Assembly (NCBI GenBank): GCA_963696395.1
Contig: CAVOJZ010000002.1
Coordinates: 559,317 to 623,316 of the forward strand
DNA length: 64,000 nt
Direction: 5' to 3'
From: an uncultured bacterium
GTDB taxonomy: Bacteria; Patescibacteriota; Minisyncoccia; UBA6257; 2-01-FULL-56-20
Shown in pieces: positions 41,487 through 51,780 of the stretch. The translations under genes were made by a program, and so were the position numbers. Within the stretch, counting starts at the first letter, position 1; each line of letters begins with the position of its first letter. The notes under the pieces were generated by a model that was not told where the DNA came from, made no database searches, and was given only the letters and a program-made list of their open reading frames with translations.

Positions 41487-42440
41487 CTATTTGATAGCGG
41501 CCCGCGTAATTCGTTTGGAACGCCTGGTTTTCGATGCATTCCTTCTGTTACGCTCGGAGATCAGCATGTAACGATGAAGGTTGGGCCTGCCGGCGAGGTA
41601 GTCCGCAAAGTCGCGGATTGCGGCACCGTACGCAAGGCATTTGTTGTACCGATACAGGGCAGTTGTCTGGCTGGCATCACTTTCTCCCCAGTGCATCGCG
41701 TGGAGATAATTTCCAATACTGCAGATCGTATCGTTATCGGCGGAGAGATCTGGGGGTGAGGAGCTTATCGCGCCGTCAACACACGATGACCCGTCATAGT
41801 GCATGGCTAAGTTCTCGTACGATGAAGGTTCGAATTGAGGTTTGCCGCGCGCGCCGGTCCAGGAACCTTTTTCCACGAGAGGGTCTACGCCAATTCGTTC
41901 GAAGGTTCTGAGGAAGATAACCAGCTCTTCTTCGGCCCAGCCTGGGCGTTGGAAATCCGGACGGTAGACGGCGATCGTGTACAGGCTTGCTGCGATCGGA
42001 AAGGTTCCTTTGGTGCCGTCTCCGAACTGCGTTTCAGCGTCGAGAATCCCGACAATAATTTCTTTCGGGACCCCGAATTGAAGCTCTGCCTGTTTAAGAA
42101 TTGTCTCGTTCTCTTCCGCAAAAAGTGATCCGCGGAATTTTGCCCAGACGCTAAGAACGTAATCAAAATTGTTCCTGGGGCTCGGTTTCGGTTTTAGTTG
42201 CTGAGGAATCGGCGGCTTGGGCGGTGGAATGTGGTTGAAGCGCCGAACAAGTCTTGGTTCAAACGTGAAGCGGGGGTCGGTCACGATGGCTTCGCCGTAG
42301 CCAGGCAGCGCTTTTCGAATATGTTGAATGATCTTTATCTGCCTCTCTTTTATGACTTCCTTGGGCAATCGAGGTGTTGCCGCAAAAGAGAATTGGCTAG
42401 CGAGAGTTATAAAGAACAATAAAAAGAAGATTCTTTTCAC
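41487..42440 (-). CDS. secreted lytic transglycosylase-like protein (start trimmed to GTG with RBS)
   Basis: AAGGAGG RBS 6 nt upstream of GTG 42440; signal peptide KRIFFLLFFITLASQFSFA; ILDAETQFG glutamate motif. The long ORF to 42998 runs antisense through pheS and is rejected. Confidence 0.5.
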   Translation of the reverse strand: MKRIFFLLFFITLASQFSFAATPRLPKEVIKERQIKIIQHIRKALPGYGEAIVTDPRFTFEPRLVRRFNHIPPPKPPIPQQLKPKPSPRNNFDYVLSVWAKFRGSLFAEENETILKQAELQFGVPKEIIVGILDAETQFGDGTKGTFPIAASLYTIAVYRPDFQRPGWAEEELVIFLRTFERIGVDPLVEKGSWTGARGKPQFEPSSYENLAMHYDGSSCVDGAISSSPPDLSADNDTICSIGNYLHAMHWGESDASQTTALYRYNKCLAYGAAIRDFADYLAGRPNLHRYMLISERNRRNASKTRRSKRITRAAIK

Positions 42441-42470
42441 GACAACCTCCTTGTAGAATGGATTTTCAAA

Positions 42471-43679
42471 TTGCTCTTCCATGATTTTAGCACTACAATA
42501 TCCCATATGGAACCTATGTATTCTGCACCGCACTTGAAGCGCCGCGAACTGGTTGCTCCGCTCGACGAAGAGAAGAGCAAGTTGAAGCAGCTTGACCTTC
42601 GAACCGATGCCGAGGCGCTTCGCATGAAGCGTTTTCTCGCTATGCCCGACCTTTCCCGGACGTCCGACAGCCCGATTCATGAGCTCGCAGGGCGTATTCT
42701 TGCCTTGCCGGAATTCGCGGGTTTTGACGTGATGCAAACGCCCGAGGTTGTCCCGGCGCGCGAAAGCTTCGACCTTTTTAACTTCCCGCCGGATCATCCG
42801 GCCCGGAGCAAATCCGATACCTATTACGTGAACGACACGCACATTCTCCGTACGCACACCACGATCATGTGGTATTACTATTTGATGTTGCCGGAGGTGA
42901 AGGCCGCGATCGCGCGCGGCGAATCTCTGGGGTTGCTTTCGTTCGGCAAGGTTTATCGCAAAGACGAAATCGATCGGAAACACATGAACGTGTTTCATCA
43001 GATGGACGGTTTATTCCTCTGTCGCAAATCGGAAAAAAATATCGGCGTTCCCGAATTGCAGAATATTTTAATTGCCATCGCGCAAACGATTTTCGGCAAG
43101 GATGTGAAGTACCGCATCAATCCGGACGCATTCCCGTACACCAACCCGAGCCTCGAAATGGAAGTTGACCTCAATGGCAACTGGGTCGAGGTTCTGGGTT
43201 CCGGCGTTGTGATGCCGAGCGTGCTCGATAACCTCGGCGTTGACTCAAAAGCATGGAACGGGTGGGCATTCGGATTCGGACTTGAACGCCTTGCTATTTT
43301 AAGCATGGAACTTCCGGACATCCGGCTTTTGTGGTCCGAGGATCCTCGGGTGAAGCGCCAGCTCAAACTCGGGCAGACATATAAAGGGGTGAGTAAGTAT
43401 CCTCCGATCACGCGCGACATTTCGTTTGTCGTGCCAAAAAGCTTCGTGCCGAACAACTATTTCGACCTCATCCGCGATGTCGGCGGTGACATCGTGGAAG
43501 AAGTGACGCTTCTCGATAAATATGAAAACGATGCAAAGTTCGGCGCGGATAAGATGAGCTACACCTACCGGATTGTTTATCGCTCAAACGAACGGACACT
43601 TACGACCGAAGAAATTGATCCCTTGCAGGATAAGGTGATCCGGGAAACAAAGGATCAGTTCGGTGCAGTCGTGCGGTAG
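42471..43679 (+). CDS. pheS: phenylalanine--tRNA ligase alpha-like catalytic subunit fused to C-terminal FDX-ACB-like domain
   Basis: Class II motifs: FPPDHPARS (motif 2 region), LRTHTT, GFGLERLAIL (motif 3); extra ~90 aa C-terminal KYPPITRDISFVVP... resembling PheT B3/4-B8 anticodon-binding fold; true start may be ATG 42507. Confidence 0.7.
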   Translation: MLFHDFSTTISHMEPMYSAPHLKRRELVAPLDEEKSKLKQLDLRTDAEALRMKRFLAMPDLSRTSDSPIHELAGRILALPEFAGFDVMQTPEVVPARESFDLFNFPPDHPARSKSDTYYVNDTHILRTHTTIMWYYYLMLPEVKAAIARGESLGLLSFGKVYRKDEIDRKHMNVFHQMDGLFLCRKSEKNIGVPELQNILIAIAQTIFGKDVKYRINPDAFPYTNPSLEMEVDLNGNWVEVLGSGVVMPSVLDNLGVDSKAWNGWAFGFGLERLAILSMELPDIRLLWSEDPRVKRQLKLGQTYKGVSKYPPITRDISFVVPKSFVPNNYFDLIRDVGGDIVEEVTLLDKYENDAKFGADKMSYTYRIVYRSNERTLTTEEIDPLQDKVIRETKDQFGAVVR

Positions 43680-43685
43680 GGTGCA

Positions 43686-45164
43686 TTGGGTTATAGTTAT
43701 TACATAATGCCAACATTTTCCGTGCCCGAGGAGGTTGCTGAAATTGCCGCCACGCTTGCGAAGGCTGGCTTTGAAGCGTATCTCGTCGGAGGTTGCGTGC
43801 GCGATATGCTTATCGGGCGCGAGCCGAAAGACTGGGATATTGCAACGAGCGCCAATCCGGCACAAGTCCAGAAAATTTTCCCAGAGAATGTTTATGAAAA
43901 TGATTTCGGTACGGTTGGCGTAAAAACCGAATCGGAAGATCCGAAATTGAAAGTGATCGAGGTCACAACGTACCGCATAGAGGGAAAATACACCGACAAG
44001 CGCCATCCGGACGACATAAAGTTTGCAAAGACGATAGAAGAGGATTTGTCCCGCAGGGATTTCACGGTCAACGCGATTGCGATGGGGCTTGGCGGTGATG
44101 TTGTGGATCCTTTTGAAGGGCAGAAAGATCTTAAGAAAAAAATAATCAGAACGGTTGGAACGGCCGATGATCGCTTTCACGAGGACGCCCTTCGCCTGAT
44201 GCGCGCCGTCCGATTTGCCGTTGAACTGGATTTTGATATCGAGCTTGTCACGCGCCGCTCGATTGAAAAATATTCCCGCGAGCTTGAAGTGATCGCAAAG
44301 GAACGGATCCGGGATGAGCTCGTAAAGATCATCATGACACCGCGCGCGGCAAAGGGGATTATCCTTCTTGAAGAACTCGGACTGCTCAAAAATATCCTGC
44401 CGGAACTTCAGGAGGGCGTCGGCGTCGGACAGAATCTGCATCACATTTATACGGTGTTCGAACACAATGTCCGCGCACTTGACTACTCCGCCCGGGAGGA
44501 TTATTCGCTTGCGGTTCGCATGGCGTCGCTTTTGCACGACATCGGCAAGCCGCGCGCAAAAGCGGGTGACGGAGCGCACTCAACGTTTTACAGCCATGAA
44601 TATATCGGCGCAAAGCTTGCCGCTAAAGCGCTCGACCGGTTGCGGTTTCCCCGTGAGTTCATCGAAGACGTTGTCCATCTCGTTAAAAACCATATGTTCT
44701 ATTACAACGTGGGGGATGTCTCCGCGCATGGCGTCCGGCGGTTTCTCGCCCGTGTCGGTCCCGAGACGGTGCCGGATCTATTGAAAGTCCGCGAGGCCGA
44801 TCGCATCGGCTCGGGAGTCAAAAAAGCCGTGCCCTACAAGCTTCGCCACTTGCTTTTCATGATCGAGAAAGTGAAGAACGATCCCATCTCGCCCAAAATG
44901 CTGAAGGTTAACGGCGATGACGTTATGAACGTTCTGAAGCTTCCCGAAGGCATGCGGGTGGGTTGGATCATTATCTCTCTATTAGAGGAGGTGCTTGAAG
45001 ACCCCGAAAAAAATACGAGGGAATATCTTGAGAAGAGGATGAGGGAGTTGGATGAGTTAAGCGATAAAGCATTAAAAAAAATGGCGGACAAAGCCCGCGA
45101 AACGAAAGATGAATTTGCCGACGAGGCTGAAGCGGATATCAAGAAAAAATTTCACGTTTCATAA
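43686..45164 (+). CDS. cca: CCA-adding tRNA nucleotidyltransferase (class II, with HD domain)
   Basis: GGCVRDMLIGREPKDWDIATSA polymerase beta head, RRDFTVNA, HD motif LLHDIGKP. Confidence 0.8.
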   Translation: MGYSYYIMPTFSVPEEVAEIAATLAKAGFEAYLVGGCVRDMLIGREPKDWDIATSANPAQVQKIFPENVYENDFGTVGVKTESEDPKLKVIEVTTYRIEGKYTDKRHPDDIKFAKTIEEDLSRRDFTVNAIAMGLGGDVVDPFEGQKDLKKKIIRTVGTADDRFHEDALRLMRAVRFAVELDFDIELVTRRSIEKYSRELEVIAKERIRDELVKIIMTPRAAKGIILLEELGLLKNILPELQEGVGVGQNLHHIYTVFEHNVRALDYSAREDYSLAVRMASLLHDIGKPRAKAGDGAHSTFYSHEYIGAKLAAKALDRLRFPREFIEDVVHLVKNHMFYYNVGDVSAHGVRRFLARVGPETVPDLLKVREADRIGSGVKKAVPYKLRHLLFMIEKVKNDPISPKMLKVNGDDVMNVLKLPEGMRVGWIIISLLEEVLEDPEKNTREYLEKRMRELDELSDKALKKMADKARETKDEFADEAEADIKKKFHVS

Positions 45165-45177
45165 CCTTTCTGCGAAT

Positions 45178-45609
45178 ATGAACATTAAAATTAAGCGGTT
45201 CGATAAAAATCTTCCGTTGCCGCGATATCAAACCGAGGGCGCCGCGGCGTTCGACCTCACCGCTCGGGTGGAAGTGATTATTGAACCGAAATCGATCGGT
45301 TATGTGCCGGTGAACGTCGCCGTCGAAACTCCGCACGATCATTTCCTGCTGGTCGCCGCCCGGAGCGGTACTCATAAAAAAGGCCTCATCATTGCAAACG
45401 GCATCGGAATCATCGACCCCGACTTTCGCGGTAACGAAGACGAGATTAAAGTTGTCTATTATAACTTTACCGATAAGGCGGTTTCTATTGAAAAAGGGGA
45501 ACGTATCGCCCAAGCGATATTTGTTAAGTTTTTACGCCCGGAATGGGAGGAGGCGGATATCCTTGACGGCAAAACACGCGGTGGGTTTGGAAGTACGGGA
45601 CATAAATAG
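45178..45609 (+). CDS. dut: dUTP diphosphatase
   Basis: Motifs GAAAFDL, ARSG, IDPDFRGN, RGGFGSTG; start trimmed from 45109 to ATG 45178. Confidence 0.85.
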   Translation: MNIKIKRFDKNLPLPRYQTEGAAAFDLTARVEVIIEPKSIGYVPVNVAVETPHDHFLLVAARSGTHKKGLIIANGIGIIDPDFRGNEDEIKVVYYNFTDKAVSIEKGERIAQAIFVKFLRPEWEEADILDGKTRGGFGSTGHK

Positions 45610-45628
45610 CGTACAATTAAAGATAAGC

Positions 45629-48418
45629 ATGAAATTACATCACCTCCTTGTTGGTTTCGGAGCTGTAATCTTTCTTTTGATCGCCCCTCACGCCGCCTTT
45701 GCCTGCACAAACCCCGGCCAGATCCCGAGCGGTTTCACCACCCCCTGCCCGGTATTTGATGCCGAGCCTACGAGTGTCCAATCATCGGGAAGCGTCACGA
45801 TTACCGTGACGCCGAATGTTGCGAACCAATATATCAGCCAGAACTTCTTCCTCTTCAACGGCAGCACCTGGGTGAGCTCAACCCTCGTCGGGAACTTCAA
45901 GAATGGATTCTCAACCAGCACCGCCACTTATACGATTACAAGCAGCCAGCTTTCAAAGCTTCCTTCGGGCAATATCTACCTTGCCGAATGGGACTGGACT
46001 TTCAATGCAAGCGAGAAGTGCTATACCGGACCTGCCACGAGCACCTGTAATCAAGGCTACTGGCGTCTGCAGGAGTTTACCTTGTCCGGAGGGCAGCAGG
46101 AAGGCGCCGGCGACAACATATATTGTGCTCCGGGCGACGTCCCGCAATTTGGTCCGGGCACGAGCGATGGTCCGGCATCGTATCCATCGCGATGCATTAA
46201 TACGGAAATGCCGAACATAAGTTCCTACAAGGTGGTGACGGTGTGTCCGCCGAGTGCAGGAAGCTGCACCTTCCCGACGATTACTGCTGCAGTTACGACT
46301 TCCACGTTGCAGTGCGGAGAAATCATCGAAGTGAAAGCCCGCGACGCAAACGGGAATCAGCTTATCTATGACAAAGACACCGGCGAGAAAATGCCGATTC
46401 CGATAACGAAGGTCTGCAGTGCCTCAGCGGGATGGATTATTATGGCCTCGGACATGTTCCAAAATTCGAATTTTCCGGCGGAAGGAACGAGAATCAGTCC
46501 GGGATGGATGGGTATTTCTTCCCTTATTGCCCGTCCGGCATATAACGAGCCGCAAACCGCAGGCGTTTACATTCCTAAGATAATGACGGAAGGGGCGAAC
46601 ACGCCCGCTATGGTTTTGAGCGGAGGAGCCTACTGGCGTTTTATCGGTCTTGAGTTCACGGGCGCTGCTGGGGTTGTGCAAGACGGTTCGATTATCGGTC
46701 CGGATCCAAATCTTGCTGACGTGGTTGCCGGTAATCACATTGTTCTCGATCGGGTTGTGGTTCATGGCGGCAACAATCCACAAGGGGAAAATGCGAAGGA
46801 TTCCGATGGCGGCATCCAGTTTGACCAAACAAATTATATGGCCCTCGTCGACAGTTACGTTTACGACTTTGTCTGTGCGCAAGCTTGCACGGATTCAAAG
46901 GCGGTCCATTTGGGAGGCAACGATCCGCTCGTGCAGGAAGGACCATTCAAGGTTGTCGATAACTATCTTGAGGCGACGGGCGAAAATATCTTAGCAGGCG
47001 GCGGAGGAACGGGTTCGGGATGCTGCACTGGCGCGAGCAACATTGAAATTCGACGCAACCATCTCTATAAGCCGGCAACAATATGGCAAGAAAGTTGGCC
47101 GGATGCGAACGGATCGACCACGTGCATTGCGGGCAACGGATGCGATAACAATCCAAACTACTTCGGGACGAAGGTTATTGTTAAAAATTTGGACGAATTT
47201 AAGAATGACCGACAAATCCTATTTGAGGGTAATATTTTTGAAAACAACTGGGGCGGGCAATCCGATCAGGATGGCGGGGCGATATCGTTGGATCCGGTAA
47301 GTCAGAATAGATCTCCGCAGGGATGCGCAAATTACGACGGCAATGGGCATCTCACAGCCGCAAATTGTCCAAACGGGAAAGGCGCGATTACGTTCACTCC
47401 CGACGTAGTTGACCAGTATTGTGCTACGCCGTACGAATGTCACGTATCTCTCGGTGTCGAGCCGAGCCGATCAACGTATGTGTATGCGCTGCAATATAAT
47501 TCGCCGACTTCGATAACTGTTTCGCCGGGACTTAATCCGGATCAAAACGGAGTCGACCAGCCGTTTACTCAGCAAATGATTAGCCAATGTCGACCGGGTG
47601 CGGACCCATTAGCGGAAGATTCAGACCTTATCCTTCGGGACAACATCGTGAGGCATGCTGCACACGCATTCTCAATGACGAGCTACTCGTCTCAGTGCGG
47701 GGATCTTGCGCAGGGCATTGCGCGTGTTTCCATTCATGACAATCAAGTCGATGATATAAACGGATGGCAATGGAATTTAAAGAAAGGCGCCTGTTGTTCA
47801 TGGGCGGTCGGCGTTCGCATCGGGAATTCCAATACCTCTCAGAGTCTTGCTACAAAGAATATCTCGATTTCGCATAACACCTTGATTTCGAGCCAGGAAT
47901 TTAATGCCGGCACGGAAGGATCCGTCAATATATCGAATACCTGCGGCGGCGATTGTCCCATACAGATCCAAGGTGTATCAATACGTGATAATATCGGTAT
48001 CGATGGTCTGGATGACGGAGGAGGTTCAAAAGATTACTGTGACAACAACAAATTTAACGACAACTCAACCGATCTTTTTAATTGCATCGTAGGAACCTCG
48101 CCGTCGCCGTCGCTTGGCTGGTGTATCACTGGCAATGTGCTTACGAACGCCGTCATTGCAAACGACCCTGATTATCCACCTCCTGGCAAACCGAACACGC
48201 CTTGGCCAACGCAAAGCCCAGCGTGTCCAAGTGGAGTTTCAACCGCCAACTACAACCCAGCAGATTTTCTGAGCGTTGGCTTCATAAATTTTAACAATGG
48301 AATCGGAGGGAACTATCAATTGCAATCGGGATCGCCCTATATTGGCAAAGCCTCCGATGGAGGAAATCCCGGTGCGAACATTGCAGCGGTAGATGCCGCC
48401 ACCGCTGGCGTACAGTAG
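45629..48418 (+). CDS. large secreted right-handed beta-helix (pectin-lyase-fold) protein
   Basis: Signal peptide MKLHHLLVGFGAVIFLLIAPHAAFA; repeated NxxG/beta-helix rungs; start trimmed from 45392 (overlapped dut) to ATG 45629. Confidence 0.65.
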   Translation: MKLHHLLVGFGAVIFLLIAPHAAFACTNPGQIPSGFTTPCPVFDAEPTSVQSSGSVTITVTPNVANQYISQNFFLFNGSTWVSSTLVGNFKNGFSTSTATYTITSSQLSKLPSGNIYLAEWDWTFNASEKCYTGPATSTCNQGYWRLQEFTLSGGQQEGAGDNIYCAPGDVPQFGPGTSDGPASYPSRCINTEMPNISSYKVVTVCPPSAGSCTFPTITAAVTTSTLQCGEIIEVKARDANGNQLIYDKDTGEKMPIPITKVCSASAGWIIMASDMFQNSNFPAEGTRISPGWMGISSLIARPAYNEPQTAGVYIPKIMTEGANTPAMVLSGGAYWRFIGLEFTGAAGVVQDGSIIGPDPNLADVVAGNHIVLDRVVVHGGNNPQGENAKDSDGGIQFDQTNYMALVDSYVYDFVCAQACTDSKAVHLGGNDPLVQEGPFKVVDNYLEATGENILAGGGGTGSGCCTGASNIEIRRNHLYKPATIWQESWPDANGSTTCIAGNGCDNNPNYFGTKVIVKNLDEFKNDRQILFEGNIFENNWGGQSDQDGGAISLDPVSQNRSPQGCANYDGNGHLTAANCPNGKGAITFTPDVVDQYCATPYECHVSLGVEPSRSTYVYALQYNSPTSITVSPGLNPDQNGVDQPFTQQMISQCRPGADPLAEDSDLILRDNIVRHAAHAFSMTSYSSQCGDLAQGIARVSIHDNQVDDINGWQWNLKKGACCSWAVGVRIGNSNTSQSLATKNISISHNTLISSQEFNAGTEGSVNISNTCGGDCPIQIQGVSIRDNIGIDGLDDGGGSKDYCDNNKFNDNSTDLFNCIVGTSPSPSLGWCITGNVLTNAVIANDPDYPPPGKPNTPWPTQSPACPSGVSTANYNPADFLSVGFINFNNGIGGNYQLQSGSPYIGKASDGGNPGANIAAVDAATAGVQ

Positions 48419-48437
48419 GTATATTTCTGTCTGAAAG

Positions 48438-48508
48438 TCGGGCTGCTGGGAATCGAACCCAGTCTTTACGCACCCGAAGCGCACGTACTACCGGTATACT
48501 ACAGCCCG
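48438..48508 (-). tRNA. tRNA-Pro (CGG), no encoded CCA
   Basis: Reverse complement folds: acceptor cgggctg/cagcccg, anticodon loop ttCGGgt, T-arm ctggg-ttcgatt-cccag. Confidence 0.7.
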
Positions 48509-49559
48509 AAGTTGAGGAGGAGATGCGCAAGCAAGCTTGCGTATCTCCGACGAAACGAGGGATGAAAAGCTTCTTAGCTTTACAGCCCGAAGTTACCAAG
48601 GTATTTAAACCTTTTTTGGGGAAAAACTCAACTGCCCGGGAAGCTATTGACACTATTTTTCAGGTGAGTATACTTACTCCTAAGATACGAATGTTCAAGA
48701 ACGTAAATCTTTCACCAACCACCGGCTAGCCCCGCAATTTTAGATTGTGAAGCAGCCGCCGTGCGCGGCTGATTTTATTCTTGGGTATGTCGTGTCGAAC
48801 GTTTTTTACCAATATTCGTTCGACTACTTGAGCGAACTTCCGAATTGTAGAGTCGGAAGATTCATATGAAGCTCCGCGCCATCTTATGTCCGACTGTGCC
48901 TACAAGCACGGGCGGGCAGAGGCCTACGTAACGCATTTCTAGGCCTCCAATTTCTCTTGGCAGGCGGAGCATGTTCTTAAATAGAACAAAAAAGTCAGCA
49001 TTGGGATGGTTGGCACATAAGGGCGAATGGTGGATGCCTAGACTAGAAAAGGCGATGAAGGACGTGGCGTAGCAACGATATGCCTCGGGGAGGTGCGTAG
49101 CAACCTGTGATCCGGGGATTTCCGAATGGGGAAACCTAGTTGAGTAAACCTCAATTGCGTGGAGCAATCCACGAGCGTACCCGGCGAAGTAAAACATTTC
49201 AGTAGCCGGAGGAAAAAAGAACAAGCAGTTTATTCCCTGAGTATCGGCGAGAGAAAAGGGAAGAGCCCAGACTAAGGTTGTGATTTATCACAGCCTTGGA
49301 GTTATAAGTGTTGAACGCTCTCCTTCGCGAATAATAAAGGGCGCAGTAATGTGCTCTCTATTATTTGCGAGCGGAGGTGGAGGAGTTAAAAAATCATTGG
49401 TTAGCCGAAATCAGCTGGAAAGCTGATACCAGAGAGGGTGATAGTCCCCTAGGCGAAAACTTTTGGTCTCCTTAGTTTATCTACTTGAGTACTTCGAAGT
49501 AAAACAGTTTCGAAGGAATTAGCCAGTACTATCTGGCAAGGCTAAATACTTTTCTAGAT

Positions 49560-49596
<37 letters not shown>

Positions 49597-51020
49597 CAGG
49601 CCGGTGAGGCCGTTGAAATAGAACCTGAAACCATTTGTCTACAAGGAATTGAAGCACGAACGGCTGGGGAGCAATCCTCGGACGAGTGCGACAATGTGCC
49701 TATTGAAGAATGATCCAACGACTTATTTTTGTGTCGCTTGTCTAAACGCGCATAGCGTGTAGGCGCAGCGAAAGCGAGTCTTAATAGGGCGAAATTAAGG
49801 CGGCACAGTATAGACCCGAAGCGTGATGAGCTTACCTTGGCCAGGGTGAACTCTCGAGAAATCGAGAGGGAGGCCCGAACCGGTTGATTGTTCAAAATCT
49901 TCGGATGAGCTGAGGTAAGGAGTGAAAAGCTAATCGAATTACGTAATAGCTGGTTCTCTCCGAAATAGTTTTAGGACTAGCGGCGAATGTTCCCCGTGGG
50001 GGTAGAGCACTGGATGATCTGTAATGGTCGAAAGACCGCCAGATCAATCAAACTCCGAATACCGCGGGTTAAAAGTTCGCTAGTTAGACTGTGGGGGCTA
50101 AGCTCCATGGTCGCGAGGGGAAGAGCCCAGATCGTCATCTAAGGTCCCGAAGTCCATGCTCAGTGTGAAAGGTAGTCATCACCCATAGACAGATAGGAGG
50201 TTGGCTTAGAGGTAGCCATCCTTTAAAGAGTGTGTAACAACTCACTATTCGACGGGTGGTGGCGCCGAAAATGTACCGGGGCTCAAGCATGGCACCGAAG
50301 ATACGAATTTACATGTCCCTCGGGACGTGTATCTGGTAGGAGAGCATTCCGGCCTGCAGTGAAGGTCAACCCGCGAGGGTGACTGGAGCGGCCGGAAGAG
50401 AAAATGTTGGAATGAGTAACCACAATCCCAATGAGAAATTGGAACCCCGAAAATCTGAGGTTTCCGTGGCACTGGCAATCAACCACGGGTTAGGCGGTCC
50501 TAAGGCAATCCCGAAAGGGGCAGTCGATGGAAAGCTGGTTAATATTCCAGCCCTCCTATGTGTTTATCCTGCGCGTGCAAGGGAAATAATCATGTATGTC
50601 TTATTGGTTTGGTATCGCTGCGGACAAGTTCAAGCGGTCCGCGGCGGAAGGTGAGGAATTTACCTCATCGACACATGAGAAGAGCCCTTCGAGAAAAGCG
50701 CGTTTGTTATGACACGTGGGATCCGTACCGTAAACCGACACTGGTGGATAGGGCGAGTAGCCCAAGGGGAACGAGTGATTTGCCTCTAAGGAACTAGGCA
50801 AAAAAGCGGCCGTAAGTTCGCAATAAGGCCTGCCCTCCGCAAGGAGGGCCGCAGCTAAAGTATCTCTGGCGACTGTTTACCAAAAACACAGCTCCCTGCT
50901 AACTCGCAAGAGGATGTATAGGGGGTGACGCCTGACCGATGCGAGAAGGTCAAGGTTGGGGGTGGCGTAGCAATACGTTGCTCACTGACTCAAGCCCTCG
51001 TCAATGTCAGCGATAACTAT

Positions 51021-51766
51021 GAAATACGATTGTAGTTATAAAATTTGGCTATATGCTGGAATACCTGAGTATCCGACATTACCGTTGGTGCAAAAATAAA
51101 TTAAAAAATCATTAAAACTGATTTTGGAATTTACTTTTTGTTTGCTACGGTGAAAATATGATCGGTGCAGACAATCAGCAGGAAAGGCTTTGGTCGCAAA
51201 AATGGCTTAACGATATTCCAGAAAATATCGGTTGGTATCTTTCGGGCTTCGTAGACGGAGAAGGGAGCTTTAACGCTTCGCTTCGGAAGGGAAATGGGCA
51301 TCGCCTCGGATGGCAGGTGCAGTTAACTTTTAATGTAGCCCAGCGAGATATTACTGATTTGGAATTATTGAAGCGTCATTTTGCATGTGGACGATTACAA
51401 AATCGAAAGGACGGAGTTCGTTATTTCGTCGTTTGTGATTATCGTTCCATTATCAATCGGGTTATACCATTCTTTGAGAAATTTCCTTTCTATTCTGTTT
51501 CAAAACAGAAAAACTTCTTTCTTTTCAAACAAATCGCACTTCTGATGGGCCAGGGCAAACACCTTGATCCAGAAGGATTCCGCGAGATTGTTTCTATAAG
51601 AGAAAGATTAAACGAAGGGAAAGGACGAAGAAGAAAATATAACGAGAGCGATATGATTAAAGAATCCTCAGAGACTACACGCCAAACTTCGCGTATCGCG
51701 AAGATGATATAGTCCGAACTGCATGGCGACATGCAGAGTTGCTCTCTCACGAGCAGAATAACAGAT
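51021..51766 (+). mobile_element. group I intron 1a in 23S at the E. coli 1917-equivalent site, carrying a LAGLIDADG ORF
   Basis: 5' exon ends ...gataactaT; P7 R element cagagactacacg (about 51678) and S aagatgatatagtcc (about 51703); ends in G before exon aatcgttctaaggt. Confidence 0.6.
51158..51712 (+). CDS. single-motif LAGLIDADG homing endonuclease (intron-encoded)
   Basis: YLSGFVDGEGSF dodecapeptide near N-terminus, 184 aa, inside 23S intron. Confidence 0.75.
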   Translation: MIGADNQQERLWSQKWLNDIPENIGWYLSGFVDGEGSFNASLRKGNGHRLGWQVQLTFNVAQRDITDLELLKRHFACGRLQNRKDGVRYFVVCDYRSIINRVIPFFEKFPFYSVSKQKNFFLFKQIALLMGQGKHLDPEGFREIVSIRERLNEGKGRRRKYNESDMIKESSETTRQTSRIAKMI

Positions 51767-51780
51767 GAATCGTTCTAAGG

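Noticed and set aside
41487-42998. 503-aa minus-strand ORF extending to 42998
   Set aside because: Its first ~185 codons run antisense through the pheS-like gene and contain no signal. An AAGGAGG-GTG start at 42440 gives a sensible signal-peptide protein. Trimmed accordingly.
45392-45628. N-terminal 79 codons of the 1008-aa ORF overlapping dut
   Set aside because: Overlaps the well-supported dut gene in another frame. The ATG at 45629 is followed by a clean signal peptide.
48523-48729. 68-aa ORF in the 23S leader
   Set aside because: Lies in the rRNA leader/promoter region between tRNA-Pro and 23S, with no RBS or motif.
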